From Paraspadella gotoi (Eukaryota; Animalia; Chaetognatha): DNA of 64,000 nt. The notes beneath the pieces were generated by a model, which made no database searches, was not told the DNA's origin, and saw only the letters and a list, made by a program, of their open reading frames with translations. Shown here in pieces: positions 1 to 12,682 of this stretch (position 1 is its first letter; each line of letters begins with the position of its first letter). The position numbers were made by a program, and so were the translations under genes. The DNA lies in contig CM119265.1 of NCBI GenBank assembly GCA_051294375.1, forward strand, positions 16,176,896 through 16,240,895, read 5' to 3'.

Positions 1-1440
1 TCTCCGTCCCCGTCTCATCCCAACGGGGTCTTCGTCTGTTATTTTTTTCCCCTCTCTCCTTTTCTTCCTCGACTCGGGAATTCGTCGTTTGGTTCTCGAC
101 CCATTTTTCATTCCTCTGAATCGTTTTGTATTGTCCTACTCTCTTCTCTCTCTCTCTCTCTATCTTCTTCTTCTCTTCTCTCTCTCTCTCTCTCTCTTCT
201 CTCTCTGCTCTCTTCTCTCTCTCTCTTCTCGTCTCTCTTCTCTCTCTCTCTCTCTTTCCCTCTCTCAACCTCTCCTCTCTCCCTCTCGGGGAAAAAAATG
301 AATAGAAAATTCATACAGAAAAGGAGAGATAATGGAAGAGAGATTTCCCTCGTAGATATTTTCCATCGGTTTTCCTTTTTTATCAGTTTAACCCTTTCAA
401 TTATGACGCTGGAAGGTGAAGCCTTTGAAAACCGAAGTCCACCTTTAACCCCGAAATCCAATCCACACTTTTGATTCACCAACCGAAACTTTTTTTAGTC
501 GGCCCCATTTAAAAAATTCATTAAATCAACCAAATGATTTTTTAAACTTCGTTGGCTAAATTACAGCCGGGAAATTGTGAGAACCGATATTAAAGCCAAA
601 TGTTTTCATCGATCGGGAGCGAGATGACCCGAAATATCTACTGTGTCGCGCAACAGGAAAACCTAAGTTCGATGTGGGGCATTTTGACAAATGTCACAAA
701 AACAGTTCGTAGGAGAATTAAACTTTTGCAAAGACGTTAATGTACGTAATGTTGTGTAAATTTTGTGGCAACTATTAATTAATTTGAAAGTAATTTTTTA
801 TGCATTTATTTATCCTTCGAGGCGATGGCTACAACAACAACTACGACTGACTTCTCGAGCAAATCTCGATGAGGAATCACGCGAGCATCTGGCGCCGATC
901 GCTCCTTCCGGTGCCGATTTTTTTTTGTCGTTGTTGTTGTCGTCGTTCCAGGTCATTCGCGTCGTTGTTGTCGTTCCGTTCCTCGTTGTTGTTCTTGTTG
1001 TCGTTATTATTGGCGCGGTTCGTTTTTCCTTTGAGCTGGGGTCATCAGGTCGCCTTTTTTTTGATTGTCACAGAAAAGAAGAGAGAGAGAAGGAGAGAGA
1101 GGAGATGAGTAGAGAGAGAGAGAGAGAGGAAAGAAGAGAGAGAGAGACGAAAAAATGAGGATGAGAGAGAGGAAGTCCTTGTCTTCTCTCTCAAATTGCT
1201 TAACAACAAAACCAGGTAGATGAAGAAAAGGAAAAAAAAGCGATGCAATACATTTGCTTTTTCCATGAAATGCAATCATTAATTTGCTCAAACAATCGAA
1301 GTCTGCGACTTTGGTCCAGCGTTGTGTTTGAGGGCGTCGACCGCCGCGACAACCAAGTCAATTCCAATTAGTTGACCAGAGTTGGAGCCGGTGAATCGAG
1401 AAGAGAATAGTGTGTGTGGGGTGTACGTGTGACAGAGAGA

Positions 1441-1523
<83 letters not shown>

Positions 1524-1529
1524 AGGAGA

Positions 1530-1591
<62 letters not shown>

Positions 1592-1734
1592 GAGGATAGA
1601 GAGAGAGAGAGAGAAGAGAGACAGAGAGAGAGACGAGAGAGAGACAGAAGAGAGACAGAGAGATGAGAGAGCACAAGAGAGAGAGAGAGATGAAGAGAGA
1701 GCAGAGAGAGAGAGACAGAAGACAGAAGAGAGAC

Positions 1735-1768
<34 letters not shown>

Positions 1769-2093
1769 TATTCGAGGGTCAGCAAATCGCACAACATATA
1801 CGAAAGATCAACGACCGCGAATCGAGTTGAGTTTTTCGCGACGTCAGGTCGACGGTCAGACGTGGGCGAGATTTCTCCCTCTTTCGCTCCTATATACATT
1901 TATTATACGTACATTTATTGTAACCACCGAATCTGAACAACTCCCTCCCTGTTTTAGACTCTCTAATTTTCTTTTCTCTCATCGAAACCTCTCTCTCTCT
2001 GTCTCTCTGTCTCTCTCATCTTAGTAGTCGTTATCTTTATCGTCGTCGCTTTCATCTTCGTTATTGTAGTCGTCGTCTCCATCGCATAATCAC

Positions 2094-2139
<46 letters not shown>

Positions 2140-2384
2140 ATCCGACGCAATCGTTTCTCCCAAACTTGAAATTCAAATCGAATTTTCTTTCTTCTCAAAT
2201 CTTCATTGTTTCCCTTTTGCGTGAACAATCGACGTTTGCATTTTTAGATTCTTTGTCGTCGTCGTTGTCGTCGTCGTCGTCGTCGTCGTCGTCGATCTGC
2301 AGACTCGACATGATAAGATGATGTGCGTTCTCTGGCCTAACATGTTACGTTTTTATTCAAATGATAGTAATGTCAACAAAATCA

Positions 2385-2410
2385 ATAACAATAATAATCT
2401 AAATAATCTA

Positions 2411-2500
<90 letters not shown>

Positions 2501-2575
2501 CATAATAATAATAATAGTAATAATAATAATAATAATAGTAATAATAATAATAATAATAATTAATAATAATAATAA
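2385..2575. repeat. (AAT)n microsatellite
   Basis: Long near-perfect AAT run; degenerate counterpart near 9650-9835. Confidence 0.95.
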
Positions 2576-3374
2576 AAATGTTTTAACCAAATATCCATCC
2601 GCTTCATTTTACAGTTATTACCAATTTCATTCCATCTCACATCACATCCCATCTCATCCCATCTATTTCCCATCGCTTTCCCATCTATTCACCATCTCTT
2701 CCCACCTCGACTTCTTTCTCTCGATATTCGTCCCTAATTCGATTTCTCTGAATCGAGAAATCGAATCAACGACACAAACCACATCTTTTTTTTTTTTTAT
2801 TTTTTTTTTTTTATAATTTTCTCATTTGAGATGGTTGATACCGTATTGCAATTTAGGTTTACTTTTGAATCTGCGATGAAAAACATCCTCTTTACATCTA
2901 AGTTTTTACAACGGAAAGAGAAAACTTTCAGTTACGCAACCTAGAAAAGATGAAGGAAAATAAGAAAATGAGCCAAAAAACGGTTTTCCGTAAACGTTGG
3001 TGTTTCACTTAAGAAATGAACGCCATTTTTTTTTCATCGGGCGATTTGATAGGAGAAACATTGAGTTTCTCCGCAAAGAGTTCTGCTATCGTCACTAAAA
3101 ACTGATGACCCAAAAGACCGAAACAACTCGAGGAAAAAAACAATGGATCACGTGACATGTCACCTATGGGTCGGTGATTTGTGACAAAATGAATACAGAT
3201 GAACTGAGTTTAAAGGACAAACATCAAGAAAACACTTAGTCGACCCTATCATTTACATTATTTTTTATACCAGTCGAGAACAATTTTAGAAAAAGTCAAT
3301 TCTGACTAAAAACGATGCTTTGACTTAGATTTATGTAGAAATTTTAAATTTGTCCTAGTTTTTACTGTTTTTTC

Positions 3375-3403
3375 CTTTATTTTTTATTTATTTTTTTTAT
3401 TTT

Positions 3404-3496
<93 letters not shown>

Positions 3497-3558
3497 TTTA
3501 TTTATTTATTTTTATTTATTTATTTATTTATTTTTATTTATTTTTTTTTAATTTATTT

Positions 3559-3630
<72 letters not shown>

Positions 3631-3660
3631 TTATTTAATTATTTATTTATTTATTTATAT
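3375..3660. repeat. (TTTA)n microsatellite
   Basis: Long TTTA run; similar tracts near 10680-10900, 23295-23470 and 59050-59240. Confidence 0.95.
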
Positions 3661-3940
3661 AATAATTAAATAATATTATTCTCGCTCTATTGAGAAGAAA
3701 GCAAGAAATTTTCTGGGTTTTTTTTATGATCCGGAACTTCACGATCTACTAGAACTTATATTTTTTTTTCTTTTATATTTTTGGTTTTGAGCGCAGGAAG
3801 TAAAAGCAAAACCTTGAAGGTAAATTCCGCGCAACTTTTACGAAAACCCTTTGAAGCTCGTTTCAAGGAGATGGGATCAAAAGAACGCGACCAGAGAGAA
3901 AGAGTGGGAGAAGGAGAATGATAGAGAGAGAGAGAGAAAT

Positions 3941-3979
<39 letters not shown>

Positions 3980-4130
3980 AGAAAATGATGGATGCGACAC
4001 TCGATAAAACTGACGCAAGAGCTCGGAGACCTGGGCACCCGAATTCTGGGGGATAAGGATCTTTCATATAATAAAATTTAATGGTTTTCAGGTTAAGATG
4101 AATTAGACGTTGAGCAAAAAAAGTGAAAGG

Positions 4131-4301
4131 TATGGCAACGGCCGGGTTGCCTGTGATGACTATTGGGATGGGGCATCTCACTGATGGCTTTGGGGGCTTC
4201 CGACCCTCAGTGACACCTCCTGCTGTGGGTGGATGGTCGATTCTCCCTCTGAGACAATGGGAACGGTAATTGATGTGAGGCGGTGTGAATATACCGCCAC
4301 A
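4131..4301 (-). mobile_element. Small solo-LTR-like element (171 bp) with 4-bp TSD AAGG
   Basis: Minus-strand ends TGTGGCGG...GTTGCCATA (imperfect inverted termini); AAGG at 4127-4130 and 4302-4305; blocks shared with 11428, 16910 and 20670. Confidence 0.75.
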
Positions 4302-4568
4302 AAGGTTTATTAGAAAAGAGGAAAAAAAAGAAGAAATATACATGCTATTGACAAATAAGTGAACAGTTTCGCCAATTTAACCAAATATATACATATATTA
4401 TCTCAATTAAACGACCGTCATTTATTCACCACTTTCAAATTAAACGTTTATTAAATTAAAAATGTTAGATAATATCGAAGGACCCCTGCGACGCCTGGCG
4501 GTACTTTTACGCTGCAACTCGATTTTGAAAAATGGTGTCTTTGCGCGGAGGAATTTCTCCTCTCTCCC

Positions 4569-4665
<97 letters not shown>

Positions 4666-5207
4666 GTTTTCGCGTCTGTCTCTTCCGAGGCACTTCTTTT
4701 GATGTTAGCTCTTTTTTCCCTTCCCCTCGTCCCAGAACAACCTCGTCCGACGGTTTTAACGTCGCCGATAAATTACACGCCAATTAATGCCAGTTTGAGC
4801 GTAAAGGAGGCAAAAACCCTCGAAAGTTACGCAAATGGGAACGAAGGGACAAAAATGCGGACAAATGCTTCGAGATACTCGGACTGAGAGAGAAAAGTTG
4901 CCTCGCGACGAACAAGAGGCGTCCCTCACATCCGACCCCTTCCACAGCCTCACTAAACAAAAGTACTTCGAGCTCCCGCTTTGCATTTTCCCCGAATATC
5001 GTCGGCATAAGTCATAATTTTCTCAGCTTAAGAAAGAGCGAACGTGAAAGAAAGAGAGAAAGTGACCACTGGTTCGGTTTATCATCGACTCTGCAAAAAT
5101 CCGAGTCTTTTGAAAGACAACTCGGAAAATTTATTCAATATTTAATTCTCTCTTCAAATTTTGATGATGAAACATTTCTTTGAGACCTCGACGACGAAGT
5201 TTTTCGA

Positions 5208-5294
<87 letters not shown>

Positions 5295-6854
5295 GCCATC
5301 CCTCTCTCAATATCTCTCTCACTCTTTCTCTCACTTCCCCATAATGATAATCCCACAACCTCTCTATTGATTCATATCCCTCTCATTCCCGGGATTGCCG
5401 CAAGCATCGACTCCCCCTCTCCCCCTCAGCTGGGGTCAATGACGTCCGCATATTTTATTTTTCGTTTGACGACGACGATGACGAAACCTGTATATACCGA
5501 CGATCCCCAAAATGATTAATCTTATAACGATAACGTTTAATAACGAGCGCCCTCCGCCTTTCGCAGGCTCTTCTACTTACTTATGGTGAATATGGTGATT
5601 AGAATTCCCCGGACGGCCACGGAAACAATGGCGATGAAGATAACGACGACGAAAACGACGACGACGACGACTGCGTTTCTGCATAAAAATGGCCGAAAAA
5701 TCGTTAATCAGGATTTTACAAGAAAATTGCGGGACGCAATCACGAGAATTTCGTGTTAACCATCTCGAGCTTCTTTTTTTTTTTCTTTCACGACATGAAC
5801 CGTCTCCCCTCGAAGAGGCCTAATCCTCGTTCTCTCTCCAATCCCCCCGAGGATTTTTCAAGCCTTTCTCTCCAAACTGTCTCCCTAACATCCTCTCGCT
5901 CTCTGTCCACGTGAAGACGGCGTGATTGTCGCCCGGCAGATCCTCATTTCGGCGTGAATTGGAAACCGATGAAGTCGCTACGAATCTTTAAGGACGAGGA
6001 GACGCGAAGGGCGGGCGAGCGACGTCCGCCATCTTGCGGCGGCGGCGGGCGCTGTGTTCCGTTATCGGGAGGGGACGACATTCTGGATTCTCCTCTTTAT
6101 TTCCCTTTTTCATCATGAACTTATTTTTCTCACTTTTTTATTTCTTTTTTTTTTAAACTCGGATTTAAATTATCATTTTATACATCCAAAGTTTATCAAA
6201 TAGTGTTTTTTTTAGCGATTCCGTACAAGTTAATATTATGTCTTAACGGATTTACTTTATTTATTTTTTTAGCCTCGGCCTTCTTTTTTGCCTTTACTTT
6301 TTCAGGCTCAAACCAGTTGTCAATTGAAGATACCAAAAAGTCGCCCGAAATACTAGCCAGCCTTTATCTCTTTCTTGCCAATCTTTTCGTTTCCGCCTTT
6401 TGCCTTCTCAGTTTTCCTTGTCGGATCTTTGATTCTCCTCCTCCTCCTCCTCCTCCTCCTCCTCCTCCTCTTCCGCCACTACTTCCTCCACAACGATTTG
6501 TGAAATTGGATTTTCCAGACTTGATACCCGAAAAGTCTTTCGAGTCGGAAGAAAGTCTGGGAATCTTGTTGCCAGGCGACCTGGGACGCGGGATCAGCAC
6601 CTCGAGAGATAACGAATGAACTCAGGGATTTAGGCAAAGGCGCGTTTAGCAGGTGACGAGGAGGTTCCGTGAGGTACCATGGCTACCCCTCAAAAAAAGC
6701 TGGTAGGGTTTTTAAAGGGTGCGAAAACCTTCCGAATGAAATGACACGGGGTCAGGCGAGCGTACGGAGGCCCGAGAATATGAAAGGTGCCTCAACTTTT
6801 CCCTATTCCATTTTCGATTTTCGATTTTCTATTTCCTTCTATTTTGGGGAAGTC

Positions 6855-7075
6855 TGTAGCGGTAGTATTTCATACCCCGTAATTCGTCCTATGGCGCCGG
6901 AGGTAACAAGAGCTCCTCCCAAACCAAAGGACGAGGGTTCGCGCCCTGCTGATTCACACAAGACAGCGCGACGGGGCGTCTAACTCCACCTGTCGTGACT
7001 GACTTCAGCCCGATCCGATGTTCGCCACCTTGTGTGCAAGAGACGGTGAACTGCTCGCGGCATCGTCTTCCACTA
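6855..7075 (+). other. GC-rich, LTR-like structured element with A/B-box-like motifs; right end uncertain
   Basis: GGGGAAGTC followed by TGTAGCGG; TGGCGCCGGAGG (6892) and GGTTCGCGCCC (6936); several complementary segments downstream; second copy at ~14325-14560. Confidence 0.35.
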
Positions 7076-9004
7076 GACACTAAATTCTTGGCTTGGACAT
7101 TGACAAATGGATTCCCCGCTGGTTGAAGCTCAACTTTAGATTTCTTAAGTCGCCACNNNNNNNNNNGCTGGTTGAAGCTCGACTTTAGGTTTCTTAAGTC
7201 GCCACTCAAATTCTAAAATTGCAACTAGAAGTTGAATGCATATATTATATAGCTTTTGCTGTTCTTGCCTTCCCAATAAAAAAATTTGAATTATTTTTTT
7301 GAAAGAATAAATATATATATTTTTTATATATATTATTCTACGTGAGTCTATACCACTTTTAATGGAATCAACTGTACTAACGGTTTCGCCAAACAGCGCC
7401 CTCTTTCGCTTTATCGAATTATATTTAAAAAATCGACTAACAATATTATTAAACGTTGCCACGTGCTTTTTTATTCGCCCAACTTTATTATGAAATTGGT
7501 ACAACCAATATAAAAATTATCCATTCATTTAATAAATAAGCTATCTTGCCCCTGACTTTGGACAGGCTTTGGTGGTTTAAGGCCTCCATCACTCTTACAA
7601 GATAATGACATAGCAGGTCCCTGCAAGCTTTCAATCAAGACTCTCTCACAGTCTCGTTTATTCACTCCCAGAGTACCTGGCTTCCCTATCAATGAAGTGG
7701 AAAATATTTCAAAGAATGTTTCAATTGTATGAAAAGACCACTCCCTTAAGTATGTTTTTTTGTTTTTTTTGGTATTTTTTAAACCTTTTTTTCTCTTATT
7801 GAGTTTTTTGCCCGCGTAAGAATATTTATGGAACAGCACCAGACTTTTATGAGTATTATCGATAAATGATTAGTAATTTATTGAATTTGAATTTTATTTT
7901 AAAAATTGAAATTTAAATTTATAATGGGTTGTGATGAAGTTGGTTCACATTTACGTCAATTAGAACGACAATTATGTTTTTTTAATATCGAATTTTCCTC
8001 CAACGCCATTTTTTTTTTCTCACAGCGCAAGAGGTTTTTGGTCTCTCGCGATATTTCGTTACGTTGTGGAAATAATTGAATTTACGATGTACGATATCTG
8101 ATATAAAATTAGTATAATTTTCATAATGTCGTTAAACTTAAACTGCTATTTCAGCTTGCAAATNNNNNNNNNNAACCTTTTTTTCTCTTATTGAGTTTTT
8201 TGCTCGCGTAAGAATATTTTGGAATAGCACCAGACTTTTATGAGTATTATCGATAAATGATTAGTAATTTATTGAATTTGAATTTTATTTTAAAAATTGA
8301 AATTTAAATTTATAATGGGTTGTGATGAAGTTGGTTCACATTTACGTCAATTAGAACGACAATTATGTTTTTTTAATATCGAATTTTCCTCCAACGCAAT
8401 TTTTTTTTTCTCACAGCGCAAGAGGTTTTTGGTCTCTCGCGATATTTCGTTACGTTGTGGAAATAATTGAATTTACGATGTACGATATCTAATATAAAAT
8501 TAGTATAATTTTCATAATGTCGTTAAACTTAAGCTGCTATTTCAGCTTGCAAATATTTAACAGACACTCTAGAACGAAAGCAAAAAGGACAAAAGTGTCT
8601 TTCTGGTCCAATAAAGGGAAAACATGACAAACAGAAAGAGAACGACTATCAAGCCAACGACTAACGAGAAAGATTTAGGGTCCAATCAATTACCCTATTT
8701 TGCTTCTTTCTTTCTTTTTTTGCTATTTCCGTGTGACCAGAGGGAGGGTGAGAGAGGACTGAAGGAGGAAGGAGAGAAGAGAGCCATGGAATCTGAGCGA
8801 GAGAGAGATGAGAGTGAGAGATTGAGAAGAAGAGAGAGAGACAGAGACATGAGAGAGAGAGATGAGAGATGAGAGAAGAGGAGCAGAGACAGAGAGACAG
8901 AAATAGCAGAGACAGAGAAGAGAGACAGAAAGAGCAGGACAGAGAGAGAGAGAGTGAGACGAGACAGATGAGAGAGATGGAGAAAATGAGAGAGAGAGAG
9001 AGAG

Positions 9005-11895
9005 TATTCGAAGGTGTCAGGCAAATGCACAACATATACGAAAGAATTCAACGACCGCGAATCGAGTTGAGTTTTTCGCGACGTTCAGGTCACGGTCAGA
9101 CGTGGGCGAGATTTCTCCCTCTTTTCGCTTCCTATAATATATCGTACATTTATTGTAACCACCGGAAGCTGAACAACTCCTCCCTGTTTTCGATCTCTCT
9201 AATTTTTCTTTTCTCTCATCGAACCTCTCTTCTCTGTCTCTCTGTCTCTCTCATCTTAGTAGTCGTTATCTTTATCGTTCGTCGCTTTTCATCTTCGGTA
9301 TATTGTAGTCGTCTCTCCATGCATAATACCACACACGACGACGACGACGCCGGACGACGCGACGCACGCGACGAATCCGACTCAATCGTTCTCCCAAACT
9401 TGAAATTCAAATCGAATTTTCTTTCTTCTCAAATCTTCATTGTTTCCCTTTTGCGCGAACAATCGACGTTATGCATTTTTAGATTCTTGTCGTCGGTCGT
9501 TCGTTCGTCGTCGTCGTCGTCGTCGTCGATCTGCCAGACTCGACTTGATAAGATGATGTGCGCTTCTTCTGGCCACACTACATTTACTGTTTTATTCAAA
9601 TGATAGTGAATGTCAACAAAAAAATCAATAACAATAATAATCTAAAAACCTAAATAATAATAATAATAATATAATAAAATAATTAATAATAAATAATAAT
9701 TATAATAATAATATAATAATAATATAAATAGTAATAATAATAATAATAATAATACATAATAATATGATAATAAGTAATATAATAATAATAATAATAGTAT
9801 AATAATAATAATAAAATAATTAATTAATAATAATAAAAAAATGTTTTAACACAAATAATCCATCCGCTTCATTTTACGTTATTACCAATTTCATTCCATC
9901 TCACATCACCCATCCCATCTCATCCCATCTATTTCCCATCGCTTTCCCATCTATTCACCATCTCTTCCCACCTCTCGACTTCTTTTCTCTCGATATTCGT
10001 CCCTAATTCGAATTTCTCTGAATCGAGAAATCGAATCAACGACACAAACCACCATCTTTTTTTTTATTTTTATTTTTTTTTATTATTTTCTTCATTTTCG
10101 AGATGGTTGATACCAAGTTTATTGCAATTTGGTTTACTTTGAAATCTTGCGATTGAAAAACATCCTCTTTACATCTAGAGTTTTTACACAATCGGAAAAG
10201 AGAAAACTTTTCAGTTACGCAACCTAGAAAAGATGAAGGAAAATAGAGAAATGAGCCAAAAAAACGGTTCCGTTAAACGTTGGGTGTTTCACTTAAGAAA
10301 AGAACGCCATTTTTTTTCATCGGGCGATTGCATAGCAGAACATTGGAGTTTCTCCGCAAAGAGTTCTGCTATCGTCACTAAAAACTGATGACCCAAAAGA
10401 CCGAAACAACTCATCGAGGAAAGAAAAAACAATGGATCACGTGACATGTCACGCTATGGGTGGTTGATTTGTCGGGGACAAAATGAATAAGATGAACTAG
10501 TTAAAGGACAAACATCAAGGAAAACAACTTAGTCGACCCTATCATTTACATTATTTTTTATACCAGCTTCGAGATACTTTAAAAGTCAATTCTGACTAAA
10601 AATCGATGCTTTTGACTGTTTTTGTTAGAATTTTAATTTGTCTCAGTTACATGTTTTAATTTCCTAGTTTTCTTTTATTATTTTTATTTTTATGTATTTA
10701 TTTATTATTTTTTATTTATTTATTTATTTATTTATTTATATTTATTTATTTTATTTATTTATTTATATTTATTATGTTATATATTATTTTATATTATTTT
10801 TGTTAATTATTTTTTTATTTATATTATTATTTTATTTATGTATTATTTATTTTATTTATTTATTTAATTTGTATTAATTATTTTAATTATTTATTTATGT
10901 TTAATATATAATAATTAATAATATTATTCTCGCTTTCTTGAAGAGAAAGCAAGAAATTTTCTGTGTTTTTTTATGAGTCCGGAACTTCACGATCTTACTA
11001 GAACTTATATTTTTTTTCTTTTATATTTTTGGTTTTTGAGCGCAGTGAAGGTAAAAGCAAAACCTTGAAGCGTAAATTCCGCGCAACTTTTACGAAAACC
11101 CTTTGAAGCTCGTTTCAAGGAGATGGGATCAAAGAACCGACCAGAACCATCGAAGACGAAGAGAAGGGGAGAGTGAAGAGAATACGCTAGAGATCGAAGA
11201 GAGAGACGATAAGAATGACAGAGAGAGAGACGAGAGAGAGAGAGAGATGGAGAGAAAATGAATGGATGCGACACTCGATAAAACTGACGCAAGAGCTTCG
11301 GAGCAGGGCGCATGCGGCACCCGACATTCTGGGGGATAAGGATCTTTCATATAATAAAATTTAATTGGTTTTTTCAGTCGTTAAGATAGCATAGACGTTA
11401 TAGACAGATCTCACAAGTGTGAAAGGTTATGGCAATAAGGCCGGGTTGCCTGTGATGACTATTGGGATGGGGCATCTTCACTGATGGCTTAGGGGCTTCC
11501 GACCCTCAGTGACCACCTCCTGCTTGTGAGGTGGATGGTCGATATCTTCCCAATCTGAGACAATGGGAACGGTAATTGATGTGAGGGCGGTGTTGAATAT
11601 ACCGCCACAAAGGTTTTTTTAGAAAGAGAAAAAAAAAAGAAATATACCTCTATTGACAAATAAGTGAACAAGTTTCGCCAATTTACCAAATATATAATAT
11701 ATATTCTCAATTAAACGACCGAGTCATTTATTCACCACTTTCAAATTTAAACGTTTAATTAAATAAAAATGTTAGATAATATCGAAGGACCCACCTGCGA
11801 CGCCTGGCGGTACTTTTACGCTGCCAACTCGATTTTTGAAAAAATGGTGTCTTTGCGCGGAGGAATTTCCTTTCCTTCCTCTCTCTCTCTCTCTT

Positions 11896-11935
<40 letters not shown>

Positions 11936-12565
11936 TCTCTCTCTCTCTCTCTCTCTCTGCTCTCTGTTTTCGCGTCTGTCTCTTACGGCACTTCTTTTTT
12001 GATTCGTTCTAGCTCTTTTTTCCCTTCCCTCGCGTCCCAGCCCTCGTCCGACGCGTTTTTAACGTCGCCGTATAATTTACTCGCCAATTAATGCCAGTTT
12101 GAGCGTAAAGGATGGCAAAAACCCGCGAAGTTACGCAAATGGGAACGAAGGACAAAATGCGACAAATTGCTTCGACGATACTCGGACCTTGAGAAGAAAA
12201 GTTAATGCCTCGCGACGAACAAGAGGCGTCCCTCACATCTCGACCCCATTCCACAGCCTTCACTAAACAAAAGTACTTGGTTCGAGCTCCGCTTGCTTGC
12301 ATTTTCCCGAATATTTGTCGGCATAAGTCATAATTTTCCTCAGCTTAAGAAAGAGCGAACTGTAAAGGAAAGAGAGAAAGTGACCACTTGGTTCGGCTTT
12401 ATCATCGACTCTGCGAAATCCGAGTTCTTTTGAAAGACAATTCGGAAAATTTCATCAAATATTTAATTCCCCGCTTCACAAATTTTGATGATTAGAAACA
12501 TTTTCTTGAGACCTCGGACAACGAAGTTTTTCGAGTTCCCCTTTTTCTTCTCTCTCTCTCTCTTC

Positions 12566-12648
<83 letters not shown>

Positions 12649-12650
12649 GT

Positions 12651-12682
<32 letters not shown>

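Larger units (their letters stand above)
1769..8730. repeat. Copy A of a ~7-kb tandem duplication (copy B 9005-15557)
   Basis: Collinear near-identical sequence from TATTCGAGGGTCAG (1769) to TGCTATTTCC (8730) recurs at 9005-15557. The junction lies in an (AG)n tract. Confidence 0.9.

Noticed and set aside
1288-1899. Long Ser/Leu and Arg/Glu ORFs here and elsewhere (e.g. 30034-30726, 63140-63703)
   Set aside because: They are translations of (CT)n/(AG)n microsatellites.
3102-3130. Hammerhead-like CTGATGA-CCCAAAAGACC-GAAAC (also at ~10385)
   Set aside because: Stem II cannot pair beyond 1 bp, and no NUH cleavage triplet with stems I and III can be built; at best a dead relic.
4192-4212. Minus-strand UGAGGGUCGGAAGCCCC resembles twister P4/L4
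   Set aside because: No GA-CCG T1 partner or UAA-P2-GC segment is correctly placed, and the 16910 copy reads GGGUCCGAAUCCC, losing the AAGC; a B-box or T-loop fits better.
7775-8553. ~390-bp direct repeat around the N gap at 8164, and a short one around 7157
   Set aside because: These are overlapping contig ends across gaps and appear only once in duplication copy B; assembly artefact.
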